Positions 1 through 10,400 of a stretch of DNA of 34,021 nucleotides are shown in pieces (positions within the stretch are counted from its first letter, which is position 1; each line of letters starts with the position of its first letter). The notes below the pieces were generated by a model. The model did not search any database. It had not been told where the DNA came from and saw only the letters and a list, made by a program, of their open reading frames with translations. Source of the stretch: Macrostomum lignano. Its lineage: Eukaryota. The DNA is taken from NCBI GenBank assembly GCA_002269645.1, contig NIVC01003247.1, forward strand, positions 1 through 34,021, written 5' to 3'. The translations under genes and the position numbers were made by a program.

Positions 1-146
1 CCACAAGCTACTCCACCCAGTCTACTCTACCACAAGCTACTCCACCCCAGTCTACTCTACCACAAGCTACTCCACCCCAGTCTACTCTACCACAAGCTAC
101 TCCACCCCAGTCTACTCTATCACAAGCTACTCCACCCCAGTCTACT
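1..146. repeat. 30-bp minisatellite (ccacaagctactccaccccagtctactcta), ~5 copies, truncated by window start
   Basis: Near-perfect head-to-tail copies read directly from the sequence. Confidence 0.95.
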
Positions 147-528
147 AGCATTGTGAGCACTAGCAATCAGCTAGTACCCTAGCAAGCCGCTAACAGTTAA
201 TGGCGAAAGCGAAAATGGAAAATAGTTCATTAATTGCAGCTCAAGAGGACTCGCAATTTATTTCGCTCGTTCGTTTTTACAGCTAAAAAGCTTTTAAAGC
301 AACGTTACAGACAGAATTGCAGACCCAGTAGGGCTTATTGATGCATGGCAGAGCAGCAAAAAGCGGGCTGATTAAATTGCAATATTTTTAATTGCCAATG
401 CCTAGCAGTTGATATTCGATTTGCAAATGGGAAATACTCGTTTTTGTAATGAGAAATACTTGTGTCGGAGTGGATGGGAATGGATGATGGGTCGGCTGAT
501 ATGGTAGTCTCCGCATCCATGAGCTGCT

Positions 529-1106
529 CCTTCAGTGAGTCCCCGCCCCCACACTTCAGTGAGTCCCCGCCCCCACACACTCAGTGAGTCCCCGCCCCCA
601 CACACTCAGTGAGTCCCCGCCCCATACCTTCAGTGAGTCCCCGCCCCCATACCTTCAGTGAGGCTCCGCCCTCATACCTTCAGTGAGTCTCCGCCTCATA
701 CCTTCAGTGAGTCCCCGCCCCCATACCTTCAGTGAGTCCCCGCCCCATACCTTCAGTGAGTCCCCGCCCCCATACTTCAGTGAGTCCCCGCCCCCATACC
801 CTCAGTGAGTCCCCGCCCCCATACCTTCAGTGAGTCCCCGCCCCATACCCTCAGTGAGTCCCCGCCCCCATACCCTCAGTGAGTCCCCGCCCCCATACCT
901 TCAGTGAGTCTCCGCCCTCATACCTTCAGTGAGTCCCCGCCCCCATACCTTCAGTGAGTCCCCGCCCCCATACCTTCAGTGAGTCCCCGCCCCCTTACCT
1001 TCAGTGAGTCCCCGCCCCATACCTTCAGTGAGTCTCCGCCCCATACCTTCAGTGAGTCCCCGCCCCCATACCTTCAGTGAGTCCCCGCCCCCATACCTTC
1101 AGTGAG
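529..1106. repeat. ~25-bp C-rich minisatellite (ccttcagtgagtccccgcccccata), ~23 copies
   Basis: Direct tandem copies of 23-25 bp. Confidence 0.95.
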
Positions 1107-1400
1107 CCCGCGAGTTTGAGTTGTTCTGCATCCAAACGGCCACACGCTTAAACACAATAAAGTCAATCCTGACTGTGTGGTTTTCTGACAGATCTGTCAA
1201 TCAAAACGATCTGTTATTCTGTCTGGCGCCTGTCTGCAGCTTCGAGCATTGGTTTGTAAAATTTCATGGCTCTATTGCAGAATGTTCACATTTTAATTTG
1301 ATTGCTTTGATAAGTTTTAATTAACAGAGGGAATCAAGATGACTAGCGAATATCTATAGCAGGATTAAAGCTAAGGATTAGCGATAATAACTCAACTTAC

Positions 1401-4400
1401 CGCCTTGGACCGAACTTTCATCACCATGCTGCGATGCTTCTTAAGCTGAAACTTCTTAATCCTTGGCCTGAAAAGCAGCGTTTGTTTTGGTTGCATCGTT
1501 TAACCAAGGCAATGCTTGTGTTTAGGCTAAGGTATTGCTTGTGTTTGAGCTAGGCAATGCTTGTGTTTAAGCTAAGGTATTGCTTGTGTTTGAGCTAGGC
1601 AATGCTTGTGTTTAAGCTAAGGTATTGCTTGTGTTTGAGCTAGGCAATGCTTGTGTTTAAGCTAAGGTATTGCTTGTGTTTGAGCTAGGCAATGCTTGTG
1701 TTTAAGCTAAGGTAATGCTTGTGTTTGAGCTAGGCAATACTTGTGTTTAACCAAGGCAATGCTTTTGTTTAACCAAGGCAATGCTTGTGTTTAACCAAGG
1801 CAATGCTTGTGTTTAAGCTAGGCAATGCTTGTAGGCAATGCTTGTGTTTAACCAAGGCAATGCTTGTGTTTAAGCTAGGCAAAGCTTGTGTTTAAGCTAG
1901 GCAATGCTTGTGTTTAAGCTAGGCAATGCTTGTGCTTAACCAAGGCAATGCTTGTGTTTAAGCTAGGCAATGCTTGTGTTTAAGCTAGGCAATGCTTGTG
2001 TTTAAGCTAGGCAATGCTTGTGTTTAAGCTAGGCAATGCTTGTGTTTAAGCTAGGCAATGCTTGTGTTTAAGCTAGGCAATGCTTGTGTTTAACCAAGGC
2101 AATGCTTGTGTTTAAGCTAGGCAAAGCTTGTGTTTAAGCTAGGCAATGCTTGTGTTTAAGCTAGGCAATGCTTGTGTTTAACCAAGGCAAAGCTTGTGTT
2201 TAAGCTAGGCAATGTTGTGTTTAAGCTAGGCAATGCTTGTGTTTAACCAAGGCAAAGCTTGTGTTTAAGCTAGGCAATGCTTGTGTTTAACCAAGGCAAT
2301 GCTTGTGTTTAAGCTAGACAATGCTTGTGTTTAAGCTAGGCAATGCTTGTAGGCAATGCTTGTGTTTAACCAAGGCAATGCTTGTGTTTAACCAAGGCAA
2401 TGCTTGTGTTTAAGCTAGGCAATGCTTGTGTTTAACCAAGGCAATGCTTGTGTTTAACCAAGGCAATGCTCGTGTTTAAGCTAGGCAATGCTTGTAGGCA
2501 ATGCTTGTGTTTAACCAAGGCAATGCTTGTGTTTAAGCTAGGCAATGCTTGTGTTTAACCAAGGCAATGCTCGTGTTTAAGCTAGGCAATGCTTGTAGGC
2601 AATGCTTGTGTTTAACCAAGGCAATGCTTGTGTTTAAGCTAGGCAATGCTTGTGTTTAAGCTAGGCAAAGCTTGTGTTTAAGCTAGGCAAAGCTTGTAGG
2701 CAAAGCTTGTGTTTAAGCTAAGGCTACCAGAGCAATATAAACCCAACACACTACGGAAAGGCAGAAATGCCGCTCACCAGAAGAAGCAGGCCTGGCTGCC
2801 GGAAGCAGACTGGCTGCGCAGCACAATGCCAGTTGTCTCAATGCACAGAGTGGACAGGCTGCCGTCATCAAGCTGGAAATTTCCGATTCAGATTGACAAT
2901 TTTTCAGCACAAATAAAAGCACTTTAATTTTAGCAGGATCTGCAACTTACTAGGACGCGGAAATTCACTCTGCCGTAGCCTTCCAACCATTTCACGTGAC
3001 TGAGGAACTGGTACTCCGCCCTGCTGGCTGGCAGACCCCTTGATTAAGGGAGGAGGAGGTGAGGTATGAGTATAACAGCGCTGTCGGCAATTCTGGCCAT
3101 CCGTTGACTACTGAGCACACACGGTACTGTAAGCAGGCACGCATTGAACCAGGGGTCGTGGCGCGACATCGAAGCGCAGGCGAAGGGGGGGGACAGACGC
3201 AGACTCACTTGAACATGCGGTACATGCTAGCCACCTCGGAGTCGATGCCGGGCCGCAGGTCGGCAAACAGGCTGTAGTTGTTCAACGGGAAACCCATCTG
3301 GTGGTCGAAGTCGCCGTGGTAAGCTAAAATATTTTTGTTTTAAATTACGAGCTCGTAATTACTTTGGTAGGCAATACTGATTACCTGCGCTACATCTAGA
3401 TGAGATCCTGAACTCACAACTACATCTAGGGGGAGATCCTGAACTCACAGCTACATCTAGGGGGAGATCCTGAACTCACAGCTACATCTAGGGGGAGATC
3501 CTGAACTCACAGCTACATCTAGGGGAGATCCTGAACTCACAGCTACATCTAGGGGGAGATCCTGAACTCACAGCTACATCTAGGGGGAGATCCTGAACTC
3601 ACAGCTACATCTAGGGGGAGATCCTGAACTCACAGCTACATCTAGGGGGAGATCCTGAACTGACAGCTACATCTAGGGGGAGATCCTGAACTCACAGCTA
3701 CATCTAGGGGAGATCCTGAACTCACAGCTACATCTAGGGGGAGATCCTGAACTCACAGCTACATCTAGGGGGAGATCCTGCACTCACAGCTACATCTAGG
3801 GGGAGATCCTGAACTCACAGCTACATCTAGGGGGAGATCCTGCACTCACAGCTACATCTAGGGGGAGATCTGAACTCACAGTCACAGCTACATCTAGTGG
3901 GAGATCCTGCACTCACAGCTACATCTAGGGGGAGATCCTGCACTCACAGCTACATCTAGGGGGAGATCCTGCACTCACAGCTACATCTAGGGGGAGATCT
4001 GAACTCACAGTCACAGCTACATCTAGTGGGAGATCCTGCACTCACAGCTACATCTAGGGGGAGATCCTGCACTCACAGCTACATCTAGGGGAAGATCCTG
4101 AACCTACAGCTTCACCCTACCGGAGATTTTGAAACCCAGCAACATCCCATGGGAAATTTCTAAAATCCAATTTCCAAAATTGGAAAGCCAGAGTGCACTG
4201 CGCGACTCACACTGCAGCATGAGGGCGGCAAGGCGTGGCGCTTTGTCCCGCGGCACAACCACCGCCCCAGATTGAATGTCCTGAATAGTCTGAAGGAACA
4301 CCTGCAGTCTGCGTGACAGCGTCACGCAGTTGAGGAATTATTTAGGTTAATAAAAAAGCTGCGAAAATTATTCGTTCTGAATCGAAAGCCCGAGTTTTAA

Positions 4401-7400
4401 GCTGGTTAGACTGTTGAAACAGAAGGAAAGAAATATTGAGTGTAGCATCTGGACTAACTATCAGTCATGGACATCTAGGTAATAAAATTGGGATTGAACA
4501 CCAATCATTCAAGGACATCTAGCAAACCAAATTCGGATTCGACACTAACCATTATTCAAGGACATCTGACAAATCATTTCGGACTGGACATAGACCTAAG
4601 TGAAATTCTTCTCTAGTCTCAAAGCCATCTGACAAATAAGAGCTGGACTGGAAAATGATCAACATTCATTAGAATTTGTTTCTCACTATTCACAAGGACA
4701 TCTATCTAGTAGAAACTTGGACTAGCGTCTGCAAAAAACCTTGAACAATATTAGTAATTATGTATAATTATGTAGGCAACAGAAGTGCATCTAGAAAATG
4801 CCACAGATATAGAAGCTCCACATGGCGCTATGAAAAGAAACTACTTCCGTATTAAAAAGGATATCCGCATATATTTAGCCGGCTAAACAGACAAATTTAC
4901 CGTGTTGTCTCGGACAGCTCCCGGCAGGGGTCGTTGGGATAAAACCGGATCGCCAGGAACAGCTGACAGGACTTTTCCCCAACCAGGTCGGACAGACCGC
5001 CACCTGCAGGGGATCCGGCAGAGGGGGGGGTGGAGGCGATGAGCAAATTGAGACAACAGAATGGGAAGTCTGGCCCCATTCCAAATAACGAATGCGGCAG
5101 GGTATAAGAAATGGATGCATGGGGAAGCGAGAAGGGCAGACAAACATCAGGGCGAGAGAGTCCCTCCATTAAACTGGGACTCTTTGGGATTTTAAACTGG
5201 TTTGAAGCAATAAGCATGGAGCCACATCGCACGGTGCAGCCATCCTGAAATCATTATTTAATGAGATACTCTCAAGAGGTGACGGCGGAGAAACACCCAG
5301 AAACACAGAAATGCGGCATCAAGGAAGCCAAGAAGGTGGCCGCATCAGACTGGTTGCTACAGTCAAAAGCCCGCACAGTTTAGCTAAAAAATCATTGCCT
5401 CGCTTTTTTAAAACGAAAAAGCCGCGCGGAACTTCTTCTATTAGAAGAGGAAATTTAAGGAAATTGGACCAAAGTGATCGGAACAAGCAGAAAACGGATG
5501 GCCAGAAGAGTGAGTGTTTCCATTCTTAGACAGCTAACGCAGGAATTCGAGCTCAATTCTCTTCAAATAAGCGCGCAGATTGCTCCTCGCCGCTGCAAAA
5601 ACCAATTTCCAAGTCTTGGCGCAAAAGCAGCCCAAAACTGGCTGCTGAAAACTTATGACTGAGAATAGGAAACAAATCCATTTCCCCTAGACAGGCCAGA
5701 GTCTGGCTATATTTGGGAACGTGTTTAAACCCGTCTTTTTTATCTCAAAGCTAAGAAGCTTTCAATAACTATAAAAGCAAAAGATAAAAAGCCGCAACAC
5801 GGATGCTAAGGATGTTGCTTTTAGAAGAGCCAAAAATGACGTGGAAATTAATGTCGTCTTCCACCTCCACCGAAAAGCAGAGACACCTAAGAGAAACAAC
5901 CATTCTAAAAGTAATTAACTCTCTTACTGAACTGCATTGACCCCTGTCTGTACTACCCCAAGCCTTGCATTGACCCCTGTCTGTACTACCCCAAGCCTTG
6001 CATTGACCCCTGTCTGTACTACCCCAAGCCTTGCATTGACCCCTGTCTGTACTACCCCAAGCCTTGCATTGACCCCTGTCTGTACTACCCCAAGCCTTGC
6101 ATTGACCCCTGTCTGTACTGGGCAAAGCCTTGCATTGACCCCTGTCTGTACTGCGCGAAGCCTTGCATTGACCCCTGTCTGTACTGGGCGAAGCCTTGCA
6201 TTGACCCCTGTCTGTACTACCCCAAGCCTTGCATTGACCCCTGTCTGTACTGAGCAAAGCCTTGCATTGACCCCTGTCTGTACTGGGCAAAGCCTTGCAT
6301 TGAACCCTGTCTGCACTGGGCGAAGCCTTGGATTGACCCCTGTCTGTACTGCGCGAAGCCTTGCATTGACCCCTGTCTGTACTGGGCGAAGCCTTGCATT
6401 GACCCCTGTCTGTACTGGGCGAAGCCTTGCATTGATCGCTGTATGTACTGGGCGAAGCCTTGCATTGACCCCTGTCTGTACTGGGCGAAGCCTTGCATTG
6501 ACCCCTGTCTGTACTGAGCCAAGCGTTGCCATGACCTCCCTTGTAGTGGCTCGTACCAATTTCCTTTACCCTAACTATGAAGCAATAAATTCAGGAAATG
6601 AACGTTTCCGAAAAGCCAGCCAAACGTGGCGGAACTGCAACACCCCGATAGAGTTGCCAAATCGCAAATAGACGGATTTTCAGAAAAACACCGTGAAAGA
6701 AAGAACCCAATGTACGTTGCTGAAAACGACACAATAGACGGAAAACTTACGACAGCATTTAACTAAAGAGTGGACACTCTTGCGAACGTTGACCCATTGC
6801 TGAAATTTGGGAAAGGGTTTGGACAGAGTTTACATGTGATTTCAGAGACACAGCAGACTTTTAGGTGCAAAAACTCACCAGAGTCTTCCTCGAGTCCTGG
6901 TATCTCAGGCCAAAGAACTGCTGCTCGGGCACGCCGATGGAGTTCAGTACAGCGCGGAGCAGATCCTGGCCCTTGTGGTTGCCCTGCGAAACGGGGAAGG
7001 CAGCGGGAACCACAAAAAATGACTGCCAGCCCAACCCTTACACTAACCCTAACCTAATCTTCGGCAGTCCAATGTCAGGTGCCCGAGTCAGCGATGGTTA
7101 AATTAGTAAAAGCGATACTTATAGTTATAATAGACTGTATGGTCATCGCGGATGAAGGAATAGAATGGATTGCTAATCTATAGTCATCGCGGATGAAGGA
7201 ATAGAATGGATTGCTAATCTATAGTCATCGCGGATGAAGGAATAGAATGGATTGCTAATCTATAGCCATCATTATTGAAGGAATAGAATGGATTGCTAAT
7301 CTATAGCCATCATTATTGAAGGAATAGAATGGATTGCTAATCTATAGCCATCATTATTGAAGGAATAGAATGGATTGCTAATCTATAGCCATCATTATTG

Positions 7401-10400
7401 AAGGAATAGAATGGATTGCTAATCTATAGCCATCGCGGATGAAGGAATAGAATGGATTGCTAATCTATAGCCATCGCGGATGAAGGAATAGAATGGATTG
7501 CTAATCTATAGCCATCATTATTGAAGGAATAGAATGGATTGCTAATTATCTATAGCCATCGCGGATGAAGGAATAGAATGGGTTGCTAATCTATAGCCAT
7601 CGCGGATGAAGGAATAGAATGGGTTGCTAATCTATAGCCATCACGGATGAAGGAATAGAATGGATTGCTAATCTATAGTCTCATCACGGATGAAGGAATA
7701 TAATGGATTGCTAATCTATAGCCATCAGGGATGAAGGAATAGAATGGATTGCTAATTTATAGCCATCGCGGATGAAGGAATAGAATGGATTGATAATCTA
7801 TAGCCATCAGGGATGAAGGAATAGAATGGATTGCTAATCTATAGTCATCGCGGATGAAGGAATAGAATGGGTTGCTAATCTATAGTCTCATCACGGATGA
7901 AGGAATATAATGGATTGCTTATCTATAGCCATCGCGGATGAAGGAATAGAATGGATTGCTAATCTATAGCCATCAGGGATGAAGGAATAGAATGGATTGC
8001 TAATCTATAGTCATCGCGGATGAAGGAATAGAATGGATTGCTAATCTATAGCCATCGCGGATGAAGGAATAGAATGGATTGCTAATCTATAGCCATCAGG
8101 GATGAAGGAATAGAATGGATTGCTAATCTATAGTCATCGCGGATGAAGGAATAGAATGGATTGCTAATCTATAGTCTCATCACGGATGAAGGAATATAAT
8201 GGATTGCTTATCTATAGCCATCGCGGATGAAGGAATAGAATGGATTGCTAATCTATAGTCCCATCACAGATGAAGGAATAGAATGGATTGCTAATCTATA
8301 GCCATCGCGGATGAAGGAATAGAATGGATTGCTAATCTATAGCCATCGCGGATGAAGGAATAGAATGGATTGCTAATCTATAGCCATCAGGGATGAAGGA
8401 ATAGAATGGATTGCTAATCTATAGTCCCATCACAGATGAAGGAATAGAATGGATTGCTAATCTATAGTCATCGCGGATGAAGGAATAGAATGGATTGCTA
8501 ATCTATAGCCATCGCGGATGAAGGAATAGAATGGATTGCTAATCTATAGCCATCAGGGATGAAGGAATAGAATGGATTGCTAATCTATAGCCATCGCGGA
8601 TGAAGGAATAGAATGGATTGCTAATCTATAGCCATCAGGGATGAAGGAATAGAATGGATTGCTAATCTATAGTCATCGCGGATGAAGGAATATAATGGAT
8701 TGCTAATCTATAGTCCCATCACAGATGAAGGAATAGAATGGATTGCTAATCTATAGTCATCGCGGATGAAGGAATAGAATGGATTGCTAATCTATAGTCA
8801 TCGCGGATGAAGGAATAGAATGGGTTGCTAATCTATAGTCCCATCACAGATGAAGGAATAGAATGGATTGCTAATCTATAGTCATCGCGGATGAAGGAAT
8901 AGAATGGATTGCTAATCTATAGTCATCGCGGATGAAGGAATAGAATGGATTGCTAATCTATAGCCATCGCGGATGAAGGAATAGAATGGATTGCTAATCT
9001 ATAGTCATCGCGGATGAAGGAATAGAATGGATTGCTAATCTATAGTCCCATCACAGATGAAGGAATAGAATGGATTGCTAATCTATAGCCATCGCGGATG
9101 AAGGAATAGAATGGATTGCTAATCTATAGTCCCATCACAGATGAAGGAATAGAATGGATTGCTAATCTATAGTCATCGCGGATGAAGGAATAGAATGGAT
9201 TGCTAATCTATAGCCATCACGGATGAAGGAATAGAATGGATTGCTAATCTATGGTCCCATCACGGATGAAGGAATAGAATGGATTGCTAATCTATAGCCA
9301 TCATTATTGAAGGAATAGAATGGATTGCTAATCTATAGCCATCGCGGATGAAGGAACAGAATGGATTGCTAATCTATAGCCATCACGGATGAAGGAACAG
9401 AATGGATTGCAGACAGGCCCAAGCTCAAGCAGAAAGTACACCAGCTATCTGTAATGACGTGAAGCGACACCTGGCGGAGGGGGTTGAAAATTCAATCACT
9501 CTCAGGCAGGCTGACAGACCTAAGTGAAACAGGTGATTTTTGCTCCGTAAACGCGGGGTTTAAAAATGCAGCCAGCCCAGGCAGCTCACGGATGCGGCAG
9601 GTGACAGGCGGATCAACGCCGCGCACATCCGCGATCTGCGACAGCTCAGTTGCTATGCGGGAATGAGATGCAGCTAGCGGGGAGGCTGGGAGTTCCAGCT
9701 CAAGCCGCCCGTGACCAGCTGCAATAGGGGCGCTACAATTCCATGTGCGCGGTAACATTTTTGGGACTCGTGCATGGAGATTGGTTTCGGTTTTGCTGAG
9801 CAATTCTTGCCTGAGTGCCAACTCAAGCCAGATTGTACAGAACTCACCAACAATACCATTAGCAATTTCAGTCTTCGCATTAAGGGACCGTCTTTACAGG
9901 TTGTAGGCTAGTGAGGGGGTTTTAGCTTAGTTATGGGTGGTAGCCTTATTATGGGTGGTAGCCTAGTTATGGGTGGTAGCCTAATTATGGGTGGTAGCCT
10001 AGTTATGGGTGGTAGCCTAATTATGGGTGGTAGCCTAGTTTTGGGTGGTAGCCTAGTGAGGGGGTTGTGGCCTAGTGATGGGGTTGTAGCCTATTGGTCA
10101 AAGCGTCGGACTCACGACCTAAAGGTGGTTAGGGGTTCGATTCCCGATCCACTCGGAAAAATTTTTGTCCTTGAGCAAGACACTGAGCTCTACATTGCTT
10201 CAGTTCACCCAGCTGTAAAATGGGTGCCAGCATTAGCTGGGGTAATTGAGGCTGTGTGTGGCGACCCTTCCTGTGTAATTGGGGCAGCTGTAATTAATTA
10301 TTATTATTATTCTTACAGCTCGTACGAGTAGGAACTGGCCCAGATCGTACAGAAATTTATAAAAATCTAGTTTGCATTAGGACAGCACAATGTCGATCCC

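Noticed and set aside
5769-6671. Long ORFs with 11-aa repeats (STDRGQCKAWG, TPVCTTPSLAL)
   Set aside because: Artefacts of the 33-bp intronic minisatellite, open in several frames and on both strands.
7033-7057. Telomere-like ctaaccctaacc
   Set aside because: Only about two imperfect units; too short to call an interstitial telomeric array.
7135-9410. CRISPR-like appearance of regular repeats (also 24806-25370 and 33708-34021)
   Set aside because: No unique spacers, no cas genes, and a eukaryotic intron context.
9585-9680. Apparent FERM-like exon ending TCRI at a GTGAG donor
   Set aside because: The phase is incompatible, and the true FERM N-terminal exon was found at 12886-12814.
10080-10155. 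tRNA gene (also ~27230-27300)
   Set aside because: A and B boxes are present, but the sequence continues into a CORE domain and an AT tail with TSDs, so these are SINE heads.
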